Source: Lama guanicoe (taxonomy: Eukaryota). Taken from it: 64,000 nt of DNA. The stretch's first letter is position 1, and the number at the start of each line of letters is the position of its first letter. The notes below the pieces were generated by a model. That model was not told the origin of the DNA. It did no database searches and worked only from the letters and a program-made list of their open reading frames with translations. Below are positions 52,271 to 64,000 of the stretch, in pieces. The translations under genes and the position numbers were made by a program. Location: the NCBI GenBank assembly GCA_013239625.1, contig MU054323.1, positions 19,613,082 through 19,677,081 of the forward strand. The letters run 5' to 3'.

Positions 52271-52863
52271 TCCTGGTCTTGTCCTCTCATTCTACCCTTC
52301 CCCCAGTTCCACTCTGCAGCTTCTAGAAGGGGTAGGCATTCCCTCAGACCGTGCCTGCGTCCCCTCTGATGGCCCCTCTTAGGTACAACAGCCCCCCTGT
52401 TGTACCTAAGAAAGTTCTTTAATCCACCATCACAGTGGCTCTGGGTTTTCTTTCTTTCTCCTTAATTTTAATAATCCAGTTTAGATCATCTCAAAACTAC
52501 ACAGTAACTGACACAAACAAAAAGGCCCATGTGTCCTTTGCAATCATTTATTATGTATTTCCTCCTTACGTCTATTCAGGAAAAAACAACTTTTTTGCCT
52601 TGTCTCTTTTGCCAAATACTCCTAAAACAGCCCTAATAATATTTAGTGTTTGTCTACCTCTGCACAGCTTAACATGTATGTTCATATTCATTATTCCATT
52701 CAATATCATAAATTATCATAATTAGTGAGTTAAGTGGTTCGTTGGCACTGTTTAGTATAGTCCCCCATTTCACAGATGAGAGATTAAAACTTTGATAGTG
52801 AGATTATAAAAGATTCAAGGTTGTGGGTCCAGGACTTGGAACAAGGTGTTCTTTTAGCTATAT

Positions 52864-53081
52864 CAGGGGTCAGCAAACTTTTCCTGTAAAGCACTACATA
52901 GTAAACATGTCAGGCTTTGTACGTGCCATTCAATCTCTGTCGAAACTACTCAACTCTGCCATTGCACAAAAGCCTCCATAGTCCATACATGAGTGAATAG
53001 GTGGATGTTCCAATAAACTGTATTTGCAGAAAAGGTCAACAGGCCATATGTGGCCCATGGGCTGCAGTTGCTACACCTCCT
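52864..53081. mobile_element. MER58A-like hAT-Charlie MITE
   Basis: caggggtcagcaaacttttcctgtaaag...aactactcaactctgccattg...gttccaataaactgtattt...tggcccatgggctgcagttg. Confidence 0.9.
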
Positions 53082-54519
53082 CTGTACACAATAAACTCTT
53101 TCCAATCTTTATGTGTCTGTCAAAGTCTACCTCCAACTGGGATATCATCATTTTGACCTATATCAATATTAGATCATTTTTTTCTCTCCTTCTTACCTCT
53201 TACATGTCAGTATTTTTTGGATAATAACTGACTTGGTTTCCCACGACCCCCTTGGTCTCTCCTACAATATGGCAAAGTCTTCTCTCATGCTATGAACATG
53301 CCCAGCTAAGCTCATCCTTCCTCCCCTGGCTCTTTCTTCACCTGCATGTGACACCAGTTCTGATGGGCCTTGCGAGGGGGCCTTTCTGGGACAGGGCATT
53401 CCTGGAGATCCCCTAGATTAACCGGGATAAATCATCCTTCCAGCTTCCCCTCATTGTGGGTTTCACATGCCTCTTCGCTTAGGCCTGCTTCATGGCAAAT
53501 TGGTCCCCAGGAAACTCATGTCATGGAATGGTAACCCCACCCGCAGGCCTTCCTGTGCCATCTCCAGCCCTGGTCCACGGAATATGGAGACTGGTTCGTT
53601 CCATCTTCTGCGTGCAGAGTGGAAGACTGACTCAACGGCTTCTCCTCGAGAGGGCAAGAGTCGCCTGGAGCAAGCCAGCTGGTTTGGTTTATACCCTTCA
53701 CTGCTTATAGATCCTGGGACAGGGAAGGTTGGGGACTGTGTATCCTTGGCATCGTCCTGGGCCAGAAGGATTCTGGTTCTAGGGAGCCAGACACCACTGT
53801 TGAGGGTTGTTGCTGTTCCCAGAGAGCTCCACTTTGGGACACATTTAAGCCTTGAGAAGGCCGAATCAAATATTTCTCAAAAAAGGATCTCATGCATGGC
53901 TTTTGAGCTATGCTGGGTTGAGCACATTCTCTGCCTCCTATTTAAAATAAAGTACATTAATATTCAATAAAAGCTTTAGAGTTATAAATGTCAGTTTCAT
54001 TGATCACGTTCATCACCATCTTTATGGATACTGTTTATAAAGACAATATAAGCCTGTACCCTTCGACACCACGATAAACTAAGGTGGTTTCTCTGGGGTT
54101 CGAGTTCCTTGTTTGCAGATGAGGGATTGGGGCGACTTGATCTCTATAATCTCTTTTGATTCTATGCTCGGGTACGTACACACAAAAACATACACCTAGA
54201 GGTCCACTTAAAGAGTTGGAATCCCTTATACAAGGTGTTAATCATGTCCCATTGGCTCGTATAATGTGGAATTCTGGTTCCAGGAAGGCAGTCACCACGG
54301 TTGAGGATTTGCAGTCCAGTGTGGTTCTGGTGGGGTGGCCAATCACAGGGCTCTGTCCCCTGGTCAAAAAGTTCATTCAGATTCTAGGAAACTCTGAATT
54401 TTCAGCAGAGATGAATAAAGATGGAAGAACATGAATGCCAACGACCCTCTCCAAATGTCTTCATAAAGTCTCCAGAAGGGTCAAGAGAGGCAGCAGAGGG
54501 TAGAGGGTACAAGCAACAC

Positions 54520-54720
54520 GTGGGCTCTGAATGTCCTGCCTCTACCATTTAGAGGCTGTGTGACCTTGAGCAAATGATTTAACTGGTTCAATTCCAGTTT
54601 CCTCGTCTGTAAAGAGTAGCAGAGTAGTAGTATGGTAATAGTGCTTCTCTCATAGAGGTGCTGTAGTAGTTGAGATAATGTATACAGGGCACCTGACATA
54701 ACACTGGCTTAATAGTAACT
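54520..54720 (+). mobile_element. MIR SINE
   Basis: cctgcctctaccatttagaggctgtgtgaccttgagcaaatgatttaac...cagtttcctcgtctgtaaa. Confidence 0.8.
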
Positions 54721-55978
54721 ACTCCGTAAATATCACTGTTACTGCAATTGGTGTTGACACGTTGGGCTTTTTTCCTCAAGTTCAGCTCTAATTTTGAGCT
54801 GACCACTCTGCCTGCTTTTCTGACTGTGAAACAGGGATAATGATTTAGCAGGAGAGACAAATAAGTCAAAGTTAGTTATGAGCTGGGGAAACAGCTCCGG
54901 CTCCTTGCCCAGATCCTTGGCCCAAATGACCTCCAGGTTGAGACAGGGTCTCCTCTGAAGGGGTGGCCTCCAGGCTGGGGTTCAGGTTTTCTGAAAGAGA
55001 TCAGGGGCTGTCACAAATGAGAGGTTCAGAGAATTAGGGGAACAGGCCAGGAAATGTGAGAGACTAATGTACAGTTTTCCTTATGAACAATTTTTTGGAC
55101 ATTATGATTTTTAGTCAAATTGTGTCGTCCTTTGAAAGTCCTGCAGGTTGAGGGCAAAAGAAATCAGAGAATTCCTACAACCAAAATACAAAGGGTTGAG
55201 AATGGACCCTGGAGAAGGGTCGTGCTTCAGGGGTAACTCAATAAACCAGACTGTACTATTTGCAACATCTTCATACTATTAAAAAAAAATTACAAGGAAG
55301 AAAAGCAGACCACCAAGAACGTCATTTTCCTGGTGATAGAAGCAATGTGCTAGACAAAACAACCCTTTCTCCTTTTCCGTGGGTTACTTGGCAGCGGCAG
55401 AAAACACTTGACAAAAAGTTCCAGGAAAGCTTCATATTGAGTTTGAAAAGTACAAATTCCCACAACAATCAGTGACTAAAGTAGCAACATTTTAGTCCTT
55501 CGCAAGAATCTGGTTATTATTACCATTAATGCCAAGTATCTTGTTTCTATTCTTTTTGATTTAAGGTAATTTTCTTTCTAAAAGGCCTGCTTTGTTAAGC
55601 TCTACACAGTTACATTGGTTTCGGGAGAAAGAGAACTGGGCATGTTGGGAAAGTATCGTGCTGTTTTGAAACTTTAGAGGACCTGGTTGTGAAGAACCCC
55701 CTTTGTTTTTGCTCTGAATCTGATGCAGCCCTCCGGTCTTCGCTTTCTAGTTCAGTGCCCTCCTTTCAGCGTTGTCCACTCTGATGATGATATCTCTACC
55801 TGAACATGACAATTTCCAAGGACAGTCTCCAAGAGGCTGTACCTACCTGGTCACTCTTGGCTATGACCCAGTCAAAGAGACCCAGTCAATGCTGATGTGT
55901 AGAAAGTGACCTCATGACTCAGGGCCCATCTTACAGGCAATGAGGAGGGACAGATACCAAAGAGTGAAATATCTCGCT

Positions 55979-56199
55979 CAGTGGTTCTCAACCAGGGGCA
56001 GTTTTGGCCTTCAGGACACATTTGGCAATGTCTAGAGACATTTTTGATTAGCACAACTTGGGCAGGGGTTGGGGTTCCATTGGCATCTAGTGGGTAGAGG
56101 GTAGATGCTCTGTTAAACGTCCTACAAAGCGCAGGAAAGATCCCACAGAAAGACTTATCCAGCCCCAAATGTCAACAGTGCTGAGGATGGGAAACCCTG
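55979..56199. mobile_element. Full-length MER20-like hAT-Charlie MITE
   Basis: cagtggttctcaaccaggggcagttttg...acatttggcaatgtctagagacattttt...ccccaaatgtcaacagtgctgaggatgggaaaccctg. Confidence 0.93.
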
Positions 56200-56539
56200 A
56201 GACAGAGACATGGACGGCCCTCATGGGCTGGCCCCGCCCACCTGCCGCCATATTTGACCCTCTCCCCCCTCACTCCCTGAACTCCAGACACACAGACACC
56301 TTGACTGCATTGTGTTCCCTCAGCATGTTTGGATCCCTCTGCCTGCTGGGCCCTTCCCTCTCGTTAATGCCTTCTCATCCTCCAGATCTCAGCTCAGTAG
56401 ATCCTTTCTTGGGAAGACTTTCCCTCAAGACTTTCCCCATTACCTGTTCTCTCGCCTTTATTCTGTCTTTTTTCATGGAGTTTGAAAGTGTCTTTTTGAC
56501 TTTTTTGGAGCTCCCTAAGCTCCCTGCCTCTTAGCTCTT

Positions 56540-56790
56540 AAGGGTACGGGCTAACAGCACTGACTCTGGAGCCAGATGGCTGCTGTTTGAATCCCCACTC
56601 TGGTATGTTCTAGCTGTGTGACCTTGGGCAAGTTACTTAACTTCTCTGTCTCTGTACCTTGAGCATGAAGATAATAACTGTATCTAGATCACAGGGGTGC
56701 TGTAAAGACTGAATGAGAGGTGCTTGTTAAGGGCTTAGAACGGTGTCAGGTTCACCGTGAACATCATATAAAAGCTTGCTATTATTATTA
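56540..56790 (+). mobile_element. Near full-length MIR SINE
   Basis: gactctggagccaga...tagctgtgtgaccttgggcaagttacttaacttctctgt...agggcttagaacggtg...gctattattatta. Confidence 0.88.
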
Positions 56791-58287
56791 CTTCAAGAAT
56801 TAAAAACTGCCCTTCTAAATCATGGAGCTGCATAAGAAAGACATGAAGCATATTCTCTTCCCAGTAGCATGACTTTGCATCACTGTCTTTTCTCTACCAG
56901 ATCTCTGCCAGATGACTTGAGGCAAGAGAGTCAAAGTCAACACTTTCTACTTATGGATAAAGAAATGGAGACACAGAGAGGTTAAAGGATTTGGAAAAAT
57001 CACATAACAGGTTTCTTTCCACCAAATCAATCGTTCTCTCTCTTCCCCCTTCCCCCACCTCCTCTCCTCCCATCCCCACTCTGAAGCGATAACTGGTAGA
57101 ATTCCTGATCTACACTAAATGAATATCCCATAGCAACTATCTCCATCTGACTATAAGTCCCAGCTCCCCAGCCTTTCTACAAAAGACCTGGGAGTTATAA
57201 AATCCATGCTTATCAGAACAAAGCACATCAAACAGAACACAGCAAGGTTTCTAATCAGAGACTTAAGGTGCTTATACAACAGCCTTGGAGGTAGGGGGAA
57301 CCAGGCCTCAAAAAAAAAGAGTAGACCAAGGGCAAATAATAACCTAAATAAATTAAGAAAACACTGAGACAGTCTGCTGAAGTTTTCTGCTATTACATCA
57401 TTGATCCTGAGCCGGGGCTGCGGAATGTCTCCGCAGGGCTACATGGCCAGAGCCATATCTCATTTGTTTTAACTCCCTCAAGTCCTATTTCACTCTTTGA
57501 CACCCTCCCAGCCTCTTATGGTTGTTTTCACTCTTTTTCCACCTCCTACGGGCTTTTATAAGCTTACTCTTTGCCAATAACTCTGGTGTTTTAGCCCAAA
57601 GCATTCCTAGGACCTTAGACCTCATGGAGGGGAGTGTGGTGTCCAGACTGTGGGGTGGCAATGCCTCTGACCTCTTGTCTGGCCACACCTGGGGAGCCCA
57701 CCCCTGTCTGGGGCCCTCCTCTTTAAGAAGGACTTGAACAGACTGGCATAGTATAAGAGAAGTAGAATCAGGATAAGACACTTCATCATGTGAGGACAAG
57801 AGGGTAGAAGAAAATTGGGGTGGAACCGAAGAGCTGTCTTCAACAAGCTGTAGAGCTATTGAGTTTTCAGCTTTCAGCAACCTTACAGAAAGAACTAATA
57901 TGAACTTCTAGTTCTACTACAACCCATAAAAATACTGGTAAAATATAGCAAACATGTTTTAATAAATATAAGTAAGCTCATAAAAATAGAGTAAAATCTC
58001 TAGGTGCCAGGAAAAAAAAAAAAAGAGGGAACTTCTAGTCAGAGTGGCAAACTTCACTGATGCCTTATGGAGATACTGACCCAAATGTCTAGAGGCTGGG
58101 GTTTTAATGCCTACAAAAGAGCAAAAGATGGAGCTTTGGGGTCCTTAATAGAGAATCTAGAAGCATTCCGTGGAGACTCTGGGAGGATAGTTGCCTCAGT
58201 TTAAGCACTGCTCACAGGCTCAGGAAGACTCCAGTGGTACATGTCTCTTTCCAGAGTTGCAGATAAAAAAACAAAAGTACCCCTGAG

Positions 58288-58586
58288 GGACTCATAGACA
58301 TAGTAAACAATCTTATGGTTACAGGGGGAAAAGGGGTGGGAAGGGATAAATTTTGGAGTTTGAGATTTACAAAGGTTAGCCACTATATATAAAAATAGAT
58401 TTTGAAAAAAGTTTCTTCTGTATAGCACAGGGAACTATGTTCAATATCTTGTAATAATTTTTGATGAAAAAATATGAAAATGGATATATGTATGTATATG
58501 CATCACTGGAACATTGTGCTGTACACCAGAAATTGACACATTTTTATTGACTATACTTAAATAAAAATAATAATAAAATATTTTAA
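58288..58586 (+). mobile_element. 5'-truncated young L1 3' UTR with target-site duplication
   Basis: Same 3' UTR family as the 22.4 kb copy. TSD aaagtacccctgag (58274-58287) / aatgtactcctgag (58587-58600). Confidence 0.92.
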
Positions 58587-58662
58587 AATGTACTCCTGAG
58601 AAACAAGACCTCAAATCATCAGCAAACACAAGAGTGTTCTCCAAATTTGCACTCCTTACTTG

Positions 58663-59080
58663 TTCTATTAATCAGGGTTCTTCAGAGAAACAGAAACATT
58701 AGAATGTGTTTATACAGAGAAAGAGAGGATTTTTTTTTTAAAGTATTGGTTCATGCAATTGTGGGGACTGGTGAGTTCGAAATCTGCAAGACAGGCCAGC
58801 AGGCTCAAGACTTGTGGAAGTGTTTATGTTGTAGTATGTGCAAATTCAAAGATAATCTGGTGACAGAATTTCCTCTTCAGGAGACCTCAGTCTTTCTCCC
58901 TTAAGATCGTCAACTGATTGAATGTGGCCCACCCACATTATGAAGGGTAATCTGCTTGACTCAAAGTCTACTGATATAAATTAATCACATCTAAAAATCA
59001 CAGCAATGTCTAACCTGGTATTTGGCCACAAACTAGGTACCATGGCCGAGCCAAGCTGACACATAAAGTTAATCACCATC
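58663..59080 (-). mobile_element. ERVL solo LTR (MLT2-like)
   Basis: tattaatcagggttcttcagagaaacagaa...ttggttcatgcaattgtggggactgg...ggcccacccacattatgaagggtaatctgctt...ccaagctgacacataaagttaatcaccatc. Confidence 0.92.
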
Positions 59081-59996
59081 TCTGGTATGTGAAATGCAAA
59101 CCAAAAAGTTAATTAAAGAATTGGTCTTGGACTGCCCTCTTGGAGCAGAACAAATGAAAAACTTCTCTGCAGAGAACCTTCCTTATCCCAAGGAAGAAAA
59201 ACAACTAAAGATGTGCTCACAACCAAAATTACAAATCACCATGAGGAAGACTGGAAGATAAATGAGGGGATTATCACCTCAAGAATTTAAAATGACAGAA
59301 CAACCTGAAATAAACCATAATATATGCTTTATATGTTAAATAAATAAAAGAATGACTAGAAACCATAAAGAATGAATATAACACTGGAAAAAAATATATA
59401 AATTTGAAGAAGAAACTTCTAGAACTTCTAGAAATAAAAGATATAAAGATAGAGAAAACAGCAAATTAGATAAAACTGAAGAGAGACTTAGCGAACCAAA
59501 AAAATGAATCTTGGAAAATTATCTAGTATATAGCTAAAACAATCAAGAGAAATAAAATATAAAGAGAGAATATAAGACTTGAAGAAGAATATAAGACTTG
59601 AAGAAAAATTAATCTATTATGAGTACCAGAGGGAGAGTCAGAGAGAAGGAAGGAGAAGCAATATTCAAAAATATTGACTAAGAATTTCTTAGATTGATGA
59701 AAGACAGATATTCAGACTAAAAAGGCACTTAGAAATTTGAGCAAGATAAATATAAAAATACACGTAGGCTCATTATAGTGAAACTGCAGAGCAGCAACAA
59801 GAGAGAAAAATCATGATGGCACCAGGAAGAAAAGAAAGATCACCTATAAGAAAAAATAGAGAGCAGACTTGGCATCAGCAACCACAGAGGCCAATAGAAT
59901 AATATTTTTATGCTGAAGGAGAATAGCTATCATTGCAGAACATCAAGCCAAGGTTAACTGTCATTCAAGAGTAGAGAAATTTTTTTTAAAGACATC

Positions 59997-60060
59997 ACAG
60001 AAGACCTAAATAGACATTTCTCCAAAGAAGACATCCAGATGGCCAAGAAGCACGCACGCG

Positions 60061-60115
<55 letters not shown>

Positions 60116-60560
60116 GAATATTACTGAGCCATAAAAAAGAATGAAATATTGCCATTTGCAGCAACATGGATGGATTTAGAGAGTATCATACAGAGTGAAG
60201 TAAGTTGGAGAAAGACAAATATTATATGATATCACTTTTATGCGGAATCTAAAAAATAATACAAATGAATCTATATACAAAACAGAAACAGACTCAGACA
60301 TAGAAAACAAACTTGTGGTTAAAAGGGGCAAAGGGAGGAGGGTGGATAAATTAGGAGTATGGGATTAACAGATATAAACTACTATACATAAAATAGATAA
60401 GCAAAAAGGATTTACTGTATAGCACAGGGAACTATATTCATTATTTTGTAATAACCTATAATAGAAAATCATCTGAAAAGTATATATAGATATGAATCAT
60501 TTTGCTGTATACCTGAAACTAACACAATGTTGTGAATCAATTATATTCAATTATTTGAAT
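59997..60560 (+). mobile_element. L1 3' fragment with an internal deletion and an embedded microsatellite
   Basis: agaagacctaaatagacatttctccaaagaagacatccagatggcc, then (CG)n(CA)n, then tggaatattactgagccataaaaaagaatg and the 3' UTR. Confidence 0.9.
60051..60112. repeat. Compound (CG)n(CA)n microsatellite
   Basis: cacgcacgcgcgcgcgcgca followed by a long pure (CA)n run. Confidence 0.97.
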
Positions 60561-60884
60561 GCTTTACAAAACGACATATCTTCAGAAAAAGACAAGAGAG
60601 TTAATCATTTATAGAAGGAAACTGCTAAGGAGTAGGATCAAGAAACAATGATTAATGAAGAAATGGATGAGCATGTGGATAAATCTAAATAAAAAATTGA
60701 CTATGGAATAGCAACAATAGTAGTAATATCTGATTTTTGCAGAGTTTAAAAACAAAGTAGAACTTAAATGCTAAATAATAATAACATGAAACTTGAAAAG
60801 GAGTGATTAGAATGAGAACATTCCAAGGACAGATTCAGATACACTGTAAAATTATTACAGTAATATGCATGAGTTATAGATACT

Positions 60885-61335
60885 TGGAGCTGCCCACACA
60901 ATATATTCCCTTTCTCCTTTCTTATCATAGAACCTTGATTTTCTACAAGGCAGCTACAAACACTCATCTTCCCAGACTGCCTTGCAGTTGTAGTAGCAAT
61001 GTGTTACAGTCCTGGCCAATGAAATATAAGCACAGCTTACTGGTAGGTTTCCAGAAAGAACACTTTGCCCTTTACCCTTCTTCCTCTGGGGAACAAGAAC
61101 ACAATAACTGGACGAGCAGCAGGGATCTTGTAACCACTAAGAGAGGACAGAATCACATACTAGGGATGGGAGAAACAGATAATTAAAAGAATCTGGGTGC
61201 TTGATGATATTTTTAAAGAAACGCACTAGCTTTCTACTGCTTAACACTGGCCTTCTCGCTATAAAATAACCCCTTCCTACCTAATCCATTGTTTTCTGTT
61301 ATCTGCACCCAAATGCAATCCTAAATTGCACAGCA
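60885..61335 (+). mobile_element. Old MaLR LTR (MLT1K/L-like)
   Basis: cctttcttatcatagaaccttgatttt...cttcccagactgccttgcagttg...cctggccaatgaaatataagcac. Resembles the 19.3 kb element. Confidence 0.7.
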
Positions 61336-61818
61336 TATTCAAAATTAAGGATAATCACCAAAAGAAGAGAATTTGAATGCATGTAATTTTTAAAACAGTA
61401 AAAGAAAAAAAGATGGACTAAAGAAAGCAGTCAATACAACAGAGGACAGAAATGAACAAAGAAGCTAAAAGATTAAAATAAAAACATTAGGCTATCAATA
61501 TATACCAGTAATAACTGGGTTCCAATAGTAAATATAAATGAAAAGGATTAAAATTACCTGCTAAAACACAGAAATGCTAAGTTCAAATAGGAAACACAGC
61601 TCTTTTTTTTCTAGCAGACATAATTAAAATATAATAACAGAAAGATTGAAAGTAACAAGATTGGGGGAAAAATATATCAAGCAATCATTATCCAGAAGAA
61701 CAAGTGATGAAGCAACACTAAAATCAGAAAAAGTAGTGGAAATGATAACAAAATGAATAAAAGAAAAATTCTCCAAGGTATACCTAAACTTTGGTACACC
61801 TAAGAATATAGCCTAAAA

Positions 61819-61940
61819 ATAGAAAGAAAGAGAGAAAGAAAGAGAGAAAGAGAGAAGGAGAGAAAGAGAAAGAGAGAGAGAGAGAAAGAGAGAGAGAGAA
61901 AGAAAGTTGAAAGAAAGGGAGAAAAGAAGGAAAGAAAGAA
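61819..61940. repeat. (GA/GAAA)n polypurine tract
   Basis: About 120 bp of almost pure A/G. Confidence 0.95.
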
Positions 61941-62184
61941 TTGACAAATTAATCATCAAAATGAGAGATTTTATCTGAAAGCAGGCTGAGACAAATGAGT
62001 GAAAATTACAGAAGGAAAGGACATTGACTCAATCTGTAGAGGAAAATTTTTGACTTTCAGAGTTGATCAAAATTGAAATGGGCTGCCTTGGAAAGGAGAA
62101 TTACAAAAACCTGGAGGTTTTGCATAATATGTATGACCCTCAGTGAGGCTGCTGCTGGCATATGCAAGCGTCAGACACTGGGCT

Positions 62185-62310
62185 CCAGGGCACAGGAACC
62201 ATGTCCATTCTGTTCACTCCTATTTACCCAAAGCCCAAAGCAGCGCCTGGCACACAACAGTCATTACTAAGTAAGTCATTACTAAGTAATGAATGAATGA
62301 ATGAATGATC
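62185..62310 (+). mobile_element. L2 3' end
   Basis: ggcacaggaaccatgtccattctgttcact...agcgcctggcacacaacag..., ending in a (gaat)n tail. Confidence 0.75.
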
Positions 62311-62872
62311 CAGACAAGAAAATGGATAAAGTCACCTCTAGCATAGCTTCTGATTCTAAGATTCAGTGATTCTCACATGCCCATTCCTCTGCTCTTGGCC
62401 CTTACTCCATTCTGAGCTCCAGGATTACCACAGACCACGAGACTGAGGCTGGCACTGAGAAGCAGGGGCAGGGTAAGGAACGGTTGGAAGAGTAATACAG
62501 AAGCTCCAAGAACGAGAGCCAGCTCTGCGGAGAGCTTCCAAGCGTCTTCCTGTCACAGAAATTCCACTTGGCCGCAGTAATTGCCCTGGCCTTGGGCCTG
62601 GAGGGAGGCGGTGGCTGGCCTGCCCACGGCAGGGACTTCCAGCTTGTCTTGTCTGTGCTGCTTTACAAGGGTGGAGAAGCAAGACCGTGAGTAGGTCACC
62701 ACGTCAGTCAGGTCCAGAAACCAAGCTTCTCCACATGCTGGGTTCTGGGACACATTGAAAGAAGGAGATGAGGTCCCTGGCTCCAGGGATTCCTTAGATC
62801 ACAGAGGGACAGGGTCCCTGTACTTGGGACCCTTCAGTCTGATGGAGAGACACAGCCAGCCCTCTTGGAGCC

Positions 62873-63236
62873 TGCTATGGACTGAATACTTGTGTGTCCC
62901 CTCAAATTTCATATGTTGAATCCTAACCCCCAATGTGGTGGTGTTGGGAGGTAGGGTCTCTGGGAGATAATTAGGTCATGAGAGTGGAGCCCTTACGAAT
63001 GGGATTAGTGCCCTTATAAGAGACTCCAGAGAGCTCCCTCACCCCTTCCACCACGTGAGGACACAGCAGGAAAACAGCCATCTATGAACCAGGAAGCGGG
63101 TTCCCACCAGATACCACCAAGAACTGCTGGCATCTTGATCTGGGACTTCCAGAACAGTGAGAAAATTAATTTCTGTTGTTTATAAGAAACCTGGTCTCTG
63201 GTACTTTTTGAATAGCAGCCCAAGCAGACTAAGACA
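62873..63236 (+). mobile_element. Complete MaLR solo LTR (MLT1A-like)
   Basis: TG...CA termini (tgctatggactgaat ... gactaagaca), 5-bp TSD gagcc/gagtc and a typical internal sequence. Confidence 0.95.
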
Positions 63237-64000
63237 GAGTCTTGAGAATGAATGCCACACACAGTCCCTCTCTTCACAAAGATCAAATCTAACGGAGGAC
63301 ACTAGGTCCTTGCCCTCAGAGAGCCCCAGTCAGAGCCTGCTGTTATCTCTAGCCCTCCCACCACCCATGCAAGACCAGGGAGGAGGAAATGATAGGCCCA
63401 GGGGCATGCCTGTTTCTGGGATGGAGACTAAGCACTGCCACCAACAGACTCCCAGGGGGCATTCCCACAGCCCTGCCATCAGGGTCAGGGCTGCCCTCCC
63501 TCCCTTCCTCCCCACCATGATGCCTGACCCCTTGGAATCATTCCTGAGCCCTGAGCCTGTTTCAAACACAGAAATGTTGGCCCCTGGGTCACATCCTGCT
63601 TTCCCTCTCTCTGTTCTTGTTCTTTTTTCCACTCTGTCCCCACCCACCCCCATTTCCCAAGCTAACCCCTGGGAGACCAGACCCCACAGCCCACTGGTGA
63701 TCTTGTTTTACATGAGACATTTCCAAAAAAGACCAAAAAGTCCTTTCCAGGAAAATGCCATTTTAAAAATTCAGCTCCAGACATTGCGGCAACATTAGGA
63801 AAACAAAGGACTTGGCAGAAACGATTTCTGAATCAGAACTTTCTCAAATACCTTTTCCAAATTGCCTCCAGTGGGAATGACTCCACATATCAGCTCTGGA
63901 GCACCCAGGCAATTTCAGACAGACGGTGACTTCTTTGGGGTTTTTACATCTTCCCAAACCTTTCTCAGCTGGGATCACCCTGGGATCTTCCCCCAGGCTC

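Larger units (their letters stand above)
57900..61990 (+). mobile_element. Fragmented old L1 (5' region, ORF1, start of ORF2) carrying four nested younger insertions
   Basis: A-rich sense strand with ORF1-like phrases (gagtaccagagggagag, gaagcaatattcaaaa, attatagtgaaactgcaga, agcagacttggcatcagcaaccacagaggcca) that resume after each insertion. Confidence 0.7.

Noticed and set aside
63157..63798. Longest ORF in the track (213 aa)
   Set aside because: It starts at a non-ATG codon inside an MLT1 LTR, is Pro/Ser-rich low complexity and has no recognisable domain.
1..64000. CRISPR arrays, operons, prokaryotic defence systems, rRNA, snoRNA or miRNA genes
   Set aside because: The sequence is mammalian with no repeat-spacer structure. 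No RNA gene was recognisable by eye, although an Rfam/Infernal scan would be needed to exclude small RNAs.

Overview
This is mammalian genomic DNA, very likely camelid, judging by a Vic-1-like tRNA-derived SINE at ~42.2 kb and several copies of one young L1 3' end. It is dominated by interspersed repeats: L1, L2, CR1/L3, MIR, MaLR/ERVL LTRs and hAT MITEs. I recognise no host protein-coding gene, and almost all ORFs in the track look spurious. The main functional landmark is a CpG-island promoter at ~16.35-17.0 kb (CCAAT boxes, E-box, CTCF-like motif, several minus-strand splice donors), most simply read as the 5' end of an unidentified gene running leftwards. The ~47 kb to its right look intergenic and contain candidate enhancers and a strong CTCF motif. 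The least expected content is a cluster of decayed hAT-Tip100-type transposase fossils: a near-complete Zaphod-like one on the minus strand (~33.8-36.3 kb), a ZNF862/Arthur-like fragment on the plus strand (~30.75-31.65 kb) and possibly a third (~40.1-40.65 kb). An old L1 segment near 30 kb has also become strongly CpG-rich. I found no convincing new biological system. Repeat family names are from recall of consensus sequences rather than a database search, and most boundaries are approximate.
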